Assembly: GCA_963668175.1 (NCBI GenBank)
Contig: OY764159.1
Coordinates: forward strand, 640,001 to 704,000
Direction: 5' to 3'
DNA length: 64,000 nucleotides
DNA from: Syntrophales bacterium
GTDB taxonomy: Bacteria > Desulfobacterota > Syntrophia > Syntrophales > PHBD01
Shown here: one piece after another, positions 1 to 8,983 of the stretch
Layout: every line of letters begins with the position of its first letter
Position numbering within the stretch: position 1 is the first letter of the stretch
Notes under the pieces: model-generated
What the model saw: the letters and a program-made list of their open reading frames with translations, nothing else
Told to the model about the DNA's origin: nothing
The model's database searches: none
Program-made: the position numbers and the translations under genes

Positions 1-132
1 AAATCCCGTTGGAGGCGCGCCGAGAGTTTCGGGAAATCGAGAGAAGGTTTGAGGTCGATGGACAGACTGACGGGTCCGTCCTCCAGGGCTTTGGCGACGG
101 ACAGGCTCAGAAGAAGCGTCACAGGGCCGCCG
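1..132. repeat. Exact direct copy of 2471-2602 (internal fragment of the YhiN/HI0933 gene)
   Basis: Bases 1-132 (aaatcccgtt...acagggccgccg) are identical to 2471-2602; the copies diverge at 133 and 2603. Confidence 0.97.
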
Positions 133-147
133 GTGACATAAGCGCTC

Positions 148-1935
148 CTATTGGTACATGGCGTCGATACGATCCCGGTATTTCTGGAAAACGATACGCC
201 GCTTCAGTTTCAGCGTCTGGGTCAGGGTTCCGTTCTCCAGGCTGAAGGGCTCCGTAAGAAAGATGAATTTCTTCGGGATCTCGTAACTGGCATACTTGCC
301 TTGGAGTGAGTTTGTGATTTCGCTTGCTAGCATCTTCTGGATATCGTTTCTTTTCAGGAGTTCGTCCATATCGCCTGGCAGGTTGTGCTTCTCGGCGTAG
401 CGTTCCAGGGTGAAAAAATCGGGTACGACCATGCAGATATTGTACGGCCGGTTCTCTCCATAGATAACGGCATTCTGAATCGAAGGCAGAAGCGAGATGT
501 CTTCTTCCAATGCTGCAGGAAAAACAAATTTGCCGTTTTCCAGCTTATACTGTTCCTTAAGCCGGCCCGTGATATAAAGATATCCGTCCTTGTCGAGCCT
601 GCCCCGGTCGCCGGTTCTGACGCCGCCGTCGGGCGTCATGATTTCTTTGGTCTGTTCGGGCTTGTTGTGATAGCCTTTCATGACGTTGGGGCCGTAGACG
701 ACGATCTCGCCGTCGGTCGCCCCTTCCTCGACGACCGATTGATCGATCACGATCCGGACCTTGTCGATCGCGCGGCCGACACTTCCCAGCCTGTAATCCG
801 TCGGCGCGTTCATGGCGATGCCCGGAGAGGTTTCCGTCATGCCGTAGCAATCGTAAACGGGTATGCCGATATCGAAGAAGAAGAGAGCGATGTCCATGTT
901 CATCATGGCACTGGCCGTCATCGCGCCTTTGAGACGCCCGCCGAATTTTCCCCGGATTTTTTGGAAAACGATCTTATCGGCTACGGCGAACTTGAGATCT
1001 GTCAGGAGACAGGATTTCCCTTCCGCGGCCAGTCGCCGTTTCTCTTTTCCCGCTTCAACGCCCATCACGAACAGGGCTTTGGCCAAACCACCTTCCTCAT
1101 TCATCTTTTTCCAAAGGACGTCGTATATTCTGTTGAATACGCGAGGAACGGCCAGAAGGAACGTCGGCTTGACTTTGCCCAAATCTTCGAGCAGCGTGGC
1201 CGTGCTCTCCATAAAGCCCATGGAGGCCCCCAACTGGATAAATGTATGCATCTCCCCCTGGCCGTAGGTGTGCGCCCAGGGCAGCAGAGAGAGGGTCCGG
1301 TCGTTTTCATCGAATTCGTGGTAGAGTTTTACACGCGCATGCGTGTTGCTTGTCCAGTTCGCATGGGTCAGGAGTACGCCTTTCGGGTCGCCCGTCGTCC
1401 CTGACGTGTAGATGATGACGGCAACATCCTCCGCCGACGGATGGATTGCCGGGACGGGGTTCGTTTCCCCGTCCTTTTCCAGTTCGGCCATCGTTCCCTG
1501 GCCCTCGCCTTCGATTAGTATGATTTTTTCAAGCGAGGGTATACGGTCGGGAAAATCACGGACTTTCTCAAGGGTACCGGCGTTCGCAACAAAAAGAAAC
1601 TTCACGCCGCTGTCCCTGACGATGTATTCCCAGACGTGGGGCAGCTCGACTTCATACATGGGCACGAAGCATCCTCCCAGGCCGAGGGTGGCAAAGTGGG
1701 CCACGACCCATTCCACGCGGTTGTTGGCGATGATGCCGACGACGTCGCCTTTCCCGATGCCCGCTTTGGCGAGTCCGCCGCGCAGATGGTCCACCCGCTT
1801 TGCCAAATCCCCGTAAGTGATCCACTGGTAGACACCCTGCTTGTCCTTGGTGCCGAAAACGAGACGGTTGCTGAAACGGTTAATGCTGCCTTCGAATAAT
1901 TCAACCAGATTATCCGGTTTGTCGAGCACATCCAT
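148..1935 (-). CDS. fadD: Long-chain fatty acid--CoA ligase (AMP-binding family)
   Basis: 595 aa; AMP-binding motif YTSGTTGDPKG, YGMTETS, RTGD, ITGRLKE, C-terminal TLKLKR; GGAGG RBS. Confidence 0.92.
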   Translation of the reverse strand: MDVLDKPDNLVELFEGSINRFSNRLVFGTKDKQGVYQWITYGDLAKRVDHLRGGLAKAGIGKGDVVGIIANNRVEWVVAHFATLGLGGCFVPMYEVELPHVWEYIVRDSGVKFLFVANAGTLEKVRDFPDRIPSLEKIILIEGEGQGTMAELEKDGETNPVPAIHPSAEDVAVIIYTSGTTGDPKGVLLTHANWTSNTHARVKLYHEFDENDRTLSLLPWAHTYGQGEMHTFIQLGASMGFMESTATLLEDLGKVKPTFLLAVPRVFNRIYDVLWKKMNEEGGLAKALFVMGVEAGKEKRRLAAEGKSCLLTDLKFAVADKIVFQKIRGKFGGRLKGAMTASAMMNMDIALFFFDIGIPVYDCYGMTETSPGIAMNAPTDYRLGSVGRAIDKVRIVIDQSVVEEGATDGEIVVYGPNVMKGYHNKPEQTKEIMTPDGGVRTGDRGRLDKDGYLYITGRLKEQYKLENGKFVFPAALEEDISLLPSIQNAVIYGENRPYNICMVVPDFFTLERYAEKHNLPGDMDELLKRNDIQKMLASEITNSLQGKYASYEIPKKFIFLTEPFSLENGTLTQTLKLKRRIVFQKYRDRIDAMYQ

Positions 1936-2076
1936 ATTTCCCTCCTGACCGTGTACCGACCTTTTATGCCATGTCCTCCCGCGCTCTTCTGCAGGGGAGA
2001 GAATAATGAAGCAGTATACACGAATTGCCGTCCGGGGTCGCGGAAAAAGTTGTTCCGGTGTGATCGGGCCGCTTGA

Positions 2077-3426
2077 TTACTTAAGGACAAACAAAGACGC
2101 CTGCTCGCCTGCAACATAACCCGTCGAAAAGGCCGCCTGAAGGTTATAGCCCCCCGTGTCGGCATCGATGTCCATGACTTCGCCGGAAAAAAAGAGTCCG
2201 GAAATCAGACGTGAGGCCATGGTGCGGGGATCGATCTCTTTGAGGGAAACGCCTCCCGCCGTAACGATGGCCGACGACAGGGGGAGGGGCTGCTTCACGT
2301 TGAAGCTCAGCGATTTCATCTGTTGAACGATACCATCCCGCTGACTTCCGTTAATCTGATGTCCGGGGGTCTCGGGCGGTATTCCGGTCAGCGCGACGAA
2401 TGGTTCAATCATCTTCCTGGGCAGGAGGCCCGAGAGGATTCTTTGATAGCTTCTCTTTCCGAATTGGTCGAAATCCCGTTGGAGGCGCGCCGAGAGTTTC
2501 GGGAAATCGAGAGAAGGTTTGAGGTCGATGGACAGACTGACGGGTCCGTCCTCCAGGGCTTTGGCGACGGACAGGCTCAGAAGAAGCGTCACAGGGCCGC
2601 CGACGCCGAAATGGGTGAACATCATCTCTCCCTGGCGGCTTTCGATCACAGGGGGCGGCAGGCGCTTGCCCGACATACCCCTCCCCGTGTCGAACGCGGG
2701 TGTCCATGCGGGATCGATTCCGTCCGTGCGGCAGCGGAAGGCCGTCATCCGGATATTCCTGAGGCTGACGCCCTGCATGGCCTTGGCGCTGTCGATTTCC
2801 TCGACGATCAGGGGCACAAGGGCCGGGTGCAGCCTGGTTATGGTGTGGCCTATAGAGGCCGCAATTCTGTATCCGTCGCCTGTAGAGCCGGTTCCGGGAT
2901 AGCTGGCCCCTCCCGTGGCGAGAACGACCGCGTCGGCCGGGATGAAGCCCGTTCTGGTGTGGACACCCGTGACCCGACCGTCTTCATGGCCGATATCGAG
3001 AACGGGTTCCCGATATCTGATATCGACGCCCTGATCTTTAAGGTAACGCCGGAAAGCGGCGACGACGTCACGGGCATCGTCGCTTGAGGGAAAAATCCTC
3101 CCTCCCCGCTCGATCTTCGTCTCAACACCGTATTTTTTAAGAAAATCGAGCAATTCGTTTCTGAAGAAACGGGAGAAGGCGCCGAAAAGGAAGCGTCCGT
3201 TGGGGCCGTACATGCCGATAAATGCATCCAGGTCCTTCACGTTGGTCAAATTGCAGCGCATTTTGCCGCTGAGCAGCAATTTTCGGCCGGGTTCTTCGGT
3301 CTTTTCGAGCAGGATGACTCGGACACCCTGTTCCGCGGCCCGTCCGGCGGCCATCATGCCGCTGGCCCCGGCGCCGATGACGATCACCCGTTTGTCTGTG
3401 GCAAAATGCCGATGGGCTGGTTTCAT
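2077..3426 (-). CDS. HI0933/YhiN/BaiN-family FAD-dependent oxidoreductase
   Basis: GAGASGMMAA, GRKLLLSGKMRCNLTN, ATGGASYPGTGSTGDGY, TAGGV, GGYNLQAAFSTG family motifs. Confidence 0.93.
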   Translation of the reverse strand: MKPAHRHFATDKRVIVIGAGASGMMAAGRAAEQGVRVILLEKTEEPGRKLLLSGKMRCNLTNVKDLDAFIGMYGPNGRFLFGAFSRFFRNELLDFLKKYGVETKIERGGRIFPSSDDARDVVAAFRRYLKDQGVDIRYREPVLDIGHEDGRVTGVHTRTGFIPADAVVLATGGASYPGTGSTGDGYRIAASIGHTITRLHPALVPLIVEEIDSAKAMQGVSLRNIRMTAFRCRTDGIDPAWTPAFDTGRGMSGKRLPPPVIESRQGEMMFTHFGVGGPVTLLLSLSVAKALEDGPVSLSIDLKPSLDFPKLSARLQRDFDQFGKRSYQRILSGLLPRKMIEPFVALTGIPPETPGHQINGSQRDGIVQQMKSLSFNVKQPLPLSSAIVTAGGVSLKEIDPRTMASRLISGLFFSGEVMDIDADTGGYNLQAAFSTGYVAGEQASLFVLK

Positions 3427-3675
3427 AAGGGAATTGAGAGTACCGAAGGTAACATTTAGGGATGTCCGTTAATATTCGTTTTGACGGCGGAAGCCGCAGT
3501 TCCGGCCGGGAGATGAAGATCGAATGTCCGATTCCGAATATAAGTCATTCATTACCATTTCAAAAAACGGGAGGTCAAGGCGATTTAATTTCCTTGAAGG
3601 GAATATGAAAAGCAGATATACATCGACCGCGGCAAGTTTCTTGCATGGGCAAAGCAATGGAGAAGGAGATCCTAA

Positions 3676-4512
3676 ATGGCTAAAATATTACATGAAACTC
3701 TGCAAACCATCGAGAATTACAAGCGCCAGAATCCCCACTATGAAGAATTGCTCGACATCCTGGGTGAAATCCTGATTCTCCGGGAACGGTTCCAGCAGGA
3801 CATCAAGGAAAATATCTTCCCGGTGGATGAGAGTCTCATTTCAAAAAAGATGGCCGGCGGGCTGCCGTTGATCGATTTTACGAACAACCGTTTCGATTTG
3901 ACCGAACCGGAACGCTATTTCAGGGCGCTGATGGAAATCGCCGAGGAGCGGGTCCCCGATGAAACGAGCGAAATCCTGAAAAAAATCAAGGACGGGACCG
4001 TCAGTTACGAACAGATGATCTATGAGTCCTTTAATAATCAACGGGCGGATGCCGATCTCGAGGACGAGGAAGACAGCGATACGCTGGACCTCATCGACCT
4101 TTTTCTCGAAGAGAGCCTGAGGCCGTCCCTCGGAAAAGTGGTCGAACTGTACGGCAAGACTGTGGCCGCGAGCGATTGGCACGAGGGTTATTGTCCGATT
4201 TGCGGTCAGGAACCCAAAATCGGCGAAATCAGAGACGACGAAGGATTTCGGTATCTGTTCTGCAATCAATGCGGTTACGAATGGCATTTCCGGCGCGTCA
4301 AGTGTCCTTTCTGCGGCAACGAGGAACAGCAGAGCCTGGCTTATTTCACGATCGAAGGGGAAGAGCGGTATCGTGTCGACGTCTGCTACGTATGTAAGCG
4401 TTACATTAAAATGGTCGATTTTCGGAATACGGAGGAAGAAGCCAACCTCGATGTCGAAGATATCGCGACCCTGCACCTGGATATCCTGGCGAACGAGGAG
4501 GGGTATGATTAG
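3676..4512 (+). CDS. fdhE: Formate dehydrogenase accessory protein FdhE
   Basis: C-terminal CPICG, CNQC, CPFCG, CYVC pairs with YIKMVD and LHLD; AAGGAG RBS. Confidence 0.9.
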   Translation: MAKILHETLQTIENYKRQNPHYEELLDILGEILILRERFQQDIKENIFPVDESLISKKMAGGLPLIDFTNNRFDLTEPERYFRALMEIAEERVPDETSEILKKIKDGTVSYEQMIYESFNNQRADADLEDEEDSDTLDLIDLFLEESLRPSLGKVVELYGKTVAASDWHEGYCPICGQEPKIGEIRDDEGFRYLFCNQCGYEWHFRRVKCPFCGNEEQQSLAYFTIEGEERYRVDVCYVCKRYIKMVDFRNTEEEANLDVEDIATLHLDILANEEGYD

Positions 4513-4590
4513 CGGTCGCGGCGACGCCGTCAGTTGCGAGAGCCTTCCCGGCGGTTCTTCGGCGCCGGATGTTCCGGGAGGAGGATACCT

Positions 4591-5247
4591 GTGAACGACC
4601 GCGACATCGGCCGGATTGTCCAAATCTTGAGCAAAAATCTGAAAGCCTGGGAATTGCCGATCGTGACCGATCTGGCCGAAAAGAAGCGAGGTCCCTATAC
4701 CATTCTCGTTTCGACGATTCTCAGTCTGAGAACGAAAGACGAGGTGACGGCAGAGGCTTCGGCCAGGCTGTTTTCGCTGGCCTCGACCCCGGAGGCGATG
4801 CTCGGGATTCCGGAACAGGAGATTGCCCGGGTTATTTATCCCGTCGGTTTTTATAAAACGAAAGCCAAGACGATCCTTGAGATAAGTCGGGACATCATCG
4901 ACCGCTTCGCCGGCAAGGTGCCCGATGACATCGATGCGCTCCTTACCCTCAAGGGCGTCGGCCGCAAGACGGCGAACCTGGTCGTCGTCCTGGGTTACGG
5001 CAAGGACGGCATCTGTGTGGATACCCACGTCCACCGGATATCCAACCGTCTGGGATATGTGACCACCAAAAATCCCCAGGCGACGGAGTTCGCCTTACGT
5101 GACAAGTTGCCGAAGAAATACTGGCAGGCGTATAATACCCTGATGGTGGCCTTTGGCCGGAATGTCTGCCGTCCGCTTTCCCCCTTGTGCAGTGCCTGCC
5201 CCGTCGCCGGCTTTTGCGACAGAGTGGGCGTTAAAAGGAGCCGCTAA
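4591..5247 (+). CDS. nth: Endonuclease III (HhH-GPD, 4Fe-4S)
   Basis: LKGVGRKTAN HhH, VDTHVHR, C-x6-C-x2-C-x5-C; GTG start at 4591 follows GGAGGA. Confidence 0.93.
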   Translation: MNDRDIGRIVQILSKNLKAWELPIVTDLAEKKRGPYTILVSTILSLRTKDEVTAEASARLFSLASTPEAMLGIPEQEIARVIYPVGFYKTKAKTILEISRDIIDRFAGKVPDDIDALLTLKGVGRKTANLVVVLGYGKDGICVDTHVHRISNRLGYVTTKNPQATEFALRDKLPKKYWQAYNTLMVAFGRNVCRPLSPLCSACPVAGFCDRVGVKRSR

Positions 5248-5271
5248 GCTCTTTACCCTGCACGTCCAATC

Positions 5272-5670
5272 TCAATGGCTCTCCGCTTGCGCCAGCACCT
5301 CGTAGGTATCGGCATCGATCAGGTTGTTCAGATCGGCCGGATTGTCCATTTTCATTTTCGCAATCCAGCCCGCACCGAAGGCATCTTCGTTGATCATTTC
5401 CGGATGCTGTTCCAGTTGCCCGTTCGTTTCGACGACTTCGCCGCCCACAGGGGCATAGATATCCGATACGGACTTGACGGACTCGACGACGGCGAGAGGC
5501 TCGAACTGCCGGACCTTCTTGCCAACCGGGGGAAGCTCCACGTAGACGATGTCCGTCATCATTTCCTGCGCATGATCGGTGATGCCCATTGTGACGGTGC
5601 CGTCGCCGTTGTCGATGACCCATTCATGATCCTTGGAATACTTGCGGTCTTTCGGATTGGGTTTGGACAT
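5272..5670 (-). CDS. gcvH: Glycine cleavage system H protein
   Basis: YSKDHEW, GITDHAQ, lipoyl-lysine motif ESVKSVSD. Confidence 0.95.
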   Translation of the reverse strand: MSKPNPKDRKYSKDHEWVIDNGDGTVTMGITDHAQEMMTDIVYVELPPVGKKVRQFEPLAVVESVKSVSDIYAPVGGEVVETNGQLEQHPEMINEDAFGAGWIAKMKMDNPADLNNLIDADTYEVLAQAESH

Positions 5671-5689
5671 AATTCGCTCCTTTATGCGT

Positions 5690-6787
5690 TTAGGGATTTG
5701 TTCTTTTATAAAACGGCAGCCTCACGACTTTAGCCCTGACGCTCTTCTCACGGATACTGATCTCGATTTCCGTACCCGGTTCTCGCCAGGCCGCGTCGAT
5801 GAAGGCAAAGCCGATCCCTTTGTCCAGGGACGGCGAAAAGGTGCCGGATGTGACTTTACCGATCTTCCGGCCGCCTTTGTATACCGCATAGCCTTCCCTG
5901 GCAATGCCCCGATCGATCATCTCGAAGCCGACCAGCTTCTTGTCTGGTCCCGTTTCCTCCATGGTTTTCAAGGCCTCGGACCCGATGAAAGTCTTTTCCT
6001 TGTCGACCAGCCATCCGTAAATAACCTCGTAAGGCGTTACCGATTCGCACATATCGTGACCGTACAGAAGCATCCCCGCCTCGAGGCGCAGCGTATCGCG
6101 CGCTCCCAGGCCGGCCGGCTTCAGGCCGGCGCCGGCGCCTGCCGTAAGGAGCCGGTCCCATATATCGGGAATGGCCCGACTATCCGCGTAGATCTCGAAA
6201 CCGTCTTCTCCCGTATATCCTGTCCGGGATACGATCACGGAAATTCCGAAAAGACTTGTCGTCAGAAAATGATAGAACCGAAGCGATGCCAAATCGACGC
6301 CGACTAAAGGCTGAAGGATAGAGAGAGCCAGGGGGCCCTGTATGTCAAGCTTCCCCGTCGTATCGGTAATATCGCTTATCTGAACAGCCGTGAAACCGAA
6401 GGCCTCTTTCTGTTGCAGGAGCCAGCGAAGATCCATGTCCTTCGTTACGGTGTTGGTAACCACCATATAACGGTCGTCCGCTAGTTTGTAAATCGTCAAA
6501 TCGTCCATGATGCCGCCCTGGGGGTTGGTCATCACGGAAAGTTTGACTTGTCCCGTCTCCAGGGTGGCGAGATTGCGGGACATTACCCGCTGGAGGAGGT
6601 CAAAGGCCTGCGATCCCGTAATGTCCAGCTCGCCCATGTGGCAGATATCGAAGAGGGACGCCTTGGTGCGCGTCGTGCGGTGTTCTTCGATAACGCCGGT
6701 GTATTGAATGGGCATGGCCCAGCCGCCGAAATCGATGATCTTTGCTCCCAGGGCCAGATGACGTTCGTAAAGGGGTGTTTTGTTCAT
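5690..6787 (-). CDS. gcvT: Glycine cleavage system aminomethyltransferase T
   Basis: KTPLY, FDICHMG, SRTGYTGEDGFE, GLGARDTLRLEAG. Confidence 0.96.
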   Translation of the reverse strand: MNKTPLYERHLALGAKIIDFGGWAMPIQYTGVIEEHRTTRTKASLFDICHMGELDITGSQAFDLLQRVMSRNLATLETGQVKLSVMTNPQGGIMDDLTIYKLADDRYMVVTNTVTKDMDLRWLLQQKEAFGFTAVQISDITDTTGKLDIQGPLALSILQPLVGVDLASLRFYHFLTTSLFGISVIVSRTGYTGEDGFEIYADSRAIPDIWDRLLTAGAGAGLKPAGLGARDTLRLEAGMLLYGHDMCESVTPYEVIYGWLVDKEKTFIGSEALKTMEETGPDKKLVGFEMIDRGIAREGYAVYKGGRKIGKVTSGTFSPSLDKGIGFAFIDAAWREPGTEIEISIREKSVRAKVVRLPFYKRTNP

Positions 6788-6896
6788 GGCCGACTCCTTT
6801 TGACAAAGGCATTGGTCCGGTAAAGGGCGCCGATGTACCGAATATTGAAAGACCGCACAGCTTTAACCATATCATTACCTGAAGCGACCGAATATA

Positions 6897-7463
6897 TCAA
6901 GACAAGTGCTCCAGGTCTTCCGGGGAATTGATATTCAGGAACATGCGTCCCTCGGGATCAAAGGGACGTATTGCGTGCTCGTCCAGAGTCAGAATATGAA
7001 ATCCCTTGTAAAAAGACGTAATCTTCAATTGGTTGGTCATAATGCATTTCCTGATGACGGGCAGGCAGCGCTTCGAATAGACGGCGTGAAGGGGTTGCAG
7101 GCCCGCGGCAAGTTCCGGCACGACAATATCGTAATTGGTTGTTTGCCGGATCATGGCGGCGATGAATTGCTTGTTCAGGAAAGGCATGTCGCACGGCGCC
7201 ACGAAGGCATGCTCTGAAGGAGCGAAGAACAGGCCGGTGAATATCCCGCCCAGAGAGCCTTTACCCTTATAGATATCGGTGACGAGTTGAACGCCCAGAT
7301 CGAGATATTCAAGCGGGGAGTTGGTCACGATCATGACGTCCTCGAAGAGCTCCTTGAAAAGACGGACCGTCCTTACGATAAGGCGTTCGCCTTCAAACTC
7401 CATGAAGGCCTTGTTCGTGCCCATGCGCCTGTTCTTCCCACCAGATAAGATGATGCCTGTCAT
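6897..7463 (-). CDS. mobA: Molybdenum cofactor guanylyltransferase
   Basis: ILSGGKNRRMGTNKA, APCDMPF, PLHAVY, NINSPED. Confidence 0.92.
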   Translation of the reverse strand: MTGIILSGGKNRRMGTNKAFMEFEGERLIVRTVRLFKELFEDVMIVTNSPLEYLDLGVQLVTDIYKGKGSLGGIFTGLFFAPSEHAFVAPCDMPFLNKQFIAAMIRQTTNYDIVVPELAAGLQPLHAVYSKRCLPVIRKCIMTNQLKITSFYKGFHILTLDEHAIRPFDPEGRMFLNINSPEDLEHLS

Positions 7464-8893
7464 GATCCCGCCCGTTTTCGATTACTATGTTGCCGGTTCA
7501 TGCCCGCCTGTCCACGGGGCCGTTTGCTTGTTTCCCTGGTATTGGTTGCGCGAATGTCTTTTCCGTACAGGTCGTATTCCTGAGCGTCTTCAATCAGGCA
7601 GGAGATAAAATCCCCCGGCGCAAGTCCCCGGCCTTTCACATACGTGATGCCGTCGATGTCGGGGGCCTGCCTCCGGCAGCGGCCGATATAGGGATAATCG
7701 GGGTGATCGCTCCTGCCTTCGATCAGCATTTCCTGGGTCGTACCCACGAGGGACTGATTGATGCCGTAAGATATCACGGCCTGCTCTTCCATGAGAAGCT
7801 GTCTGCGGAGCTCTTTCTCCTTGACGGTAATCCGGGAGGGGATCGCCGCGGCGGCTGTCCCCTCCTCCCGCGAATAGAGAAATACGCCGAGATGATCGAA
7901 TCGCGCTTCCTGGACGAAAGCAAGAAGGCGATGAAAGATCGGCTTCGTCTCCCCGGGAAATCCGACAATGATGGACGTCCTGAGAGCCACGTCAGCAACG
8001 GTTTCTCTGATGGTCCGGACGGCTTCCCGGATCTGGGATTCGGTCGAACGGCGGTTCATCGCTTTTAATACCCGGTTGTCGATATGCTGAATGGGCATAT
8101 CGATATAGGGACAAATTTTCCGTTCCTCGCCGATCACTCTCAAGAGGTCGTCACGGATATTGCCGGGATAGGTGTAAAGCAGCCTGATCCAGCGGAGCTT
8201 CTCTATCGAGGCGAGATCTTGCATCAGCCGGCTTAAGGAGGACCGCTGCTTGAGGTCTAGTCCGTAGGCCGTTGAATCCTGCGCCGTCACGATCAGCTCC
8301 CGGATACCGCGGTCCGCAAGGGCGGCGGCCTCCTTGAGAATGTCGTCATGCTTCCGGCTGCGAAAGGGGCCGCGGATGGCCGGGATGGCACAGTAGGAGC
8401 AGCAGTTGGAGCACCCCTCGGCAATTTTCAGATAGGCAAGGTAAGGGGGTGTCGACAACAGCCGGGGGGCGCTTGAATCCATAAGATACGACGGCTCGCC
8501 GGCCGCCAGTCTCAATCCGGTCTTGCCCGCCATGTCGATTTCTTTGAGATGCCGGACGATATTCGGAACCTCGGCGGTGCCGAGGAAAAGGTCCACTTCG
8601 GGGATATCCCGGATAAGATCGCTTCCGTAGCGTTGCGGGAGGCAGCCGGTGACGATCAATCGGGTGCAGGGGCCGTGTTCTTTCCATTGAGCCATGCGGA
8701 AGATTTCCTCTATGGATTCTTCCTTGGCCGGGGTGATGAAGGCGCAGGTGTTGACGATGATCACATCCGCATCGTCGGGCCTGTTCGTCATCGTGAACCC
8801 TTCCCGGGACAGAAATCCTCCCATGATTTCGGAATCGACAAGGTTTTTGGGACAACCAAGGCTGACGAGATATAACCGGCGCGGATTTTTCAT
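7460..8893 (-). CDS. rimO: Ribosomal protein S12 methylthiotransferase
   Basis: SLGCPKNLVDSE, NTCAFI, radical-SAM CxxxCxxC (EGCSNCCSYC), C-terminal TRAM with APDIDG; start moved to MKNPRR. Confidence 0.94.
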   Translation of the reverse strand: MKNPRRLYLVSLGCPKNLVDSEIMGGFLSREGFTMTNRPDDADVIIVNTCAFITPAKEESIEEIFRMAQWKEHGPCTRLIVTGCLPQRYGSDLIRDIPEVDLFLGTAEVPNIVRHLKEIDMAGKTGLRLAAGEPSYLMDSSAPRLLSTPPYLAYLKIAEGCSNCCSYCAIPAIRGPFRSRKHDDILKEAAALADRGIRELIVTAQDSTAYGLDLKQRSSLSRLMQDLASIEKLRWIRLLYTYPGNIRDDLLRVIGEERKICPYIDMPIQHIDNRVLKAMNRRSTESQIREAVRTIRETVADVALRTSIIVGFPGETKPIFHRLLAFVQEARFDHLGVFLYSREEGTAAAAIPSRITVKEKELRRQLLMEEQAVISYGINQSLVGTTQEMLIEGRSDHPDYPYIGRCRRQAPDIDGITYVKGRGLAPGDFISCLIEDAQEYDLYGKDIRATNTRETSKRPRGQAGMNRQHSNRKRAGS

Positions 8894-8983
8894 GGCGGCC
8901 ACCCTATAATTTGAAACACCGTCTGTCAATGGATGGATTGCAAAAACCGATAGCCGCTCATTGTCTAATGGCATGGCTGCCGT

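Noticed and set aside
9..245. 78-aa plus-strand ORF at the window start
   Set aside because: It spans the duplication junction and is antisense to real genes; no coding features.
385..1404. Long antisense or alternate-frame ORFs (also 3841-5034, 9257-10156, 24521-25735, 47488-48570 and others)
   Set aside because: Shadow ORFs of GC-rich coding sequence opposite well-supported genes; no recognisable motifs.
6788..6896. Glycine riboswitch upstream of gcvT
   Set aside because: The 109-bp spacer lacks the GGAGA...CCGAAG...CTCTCAGG aptamer pattern.
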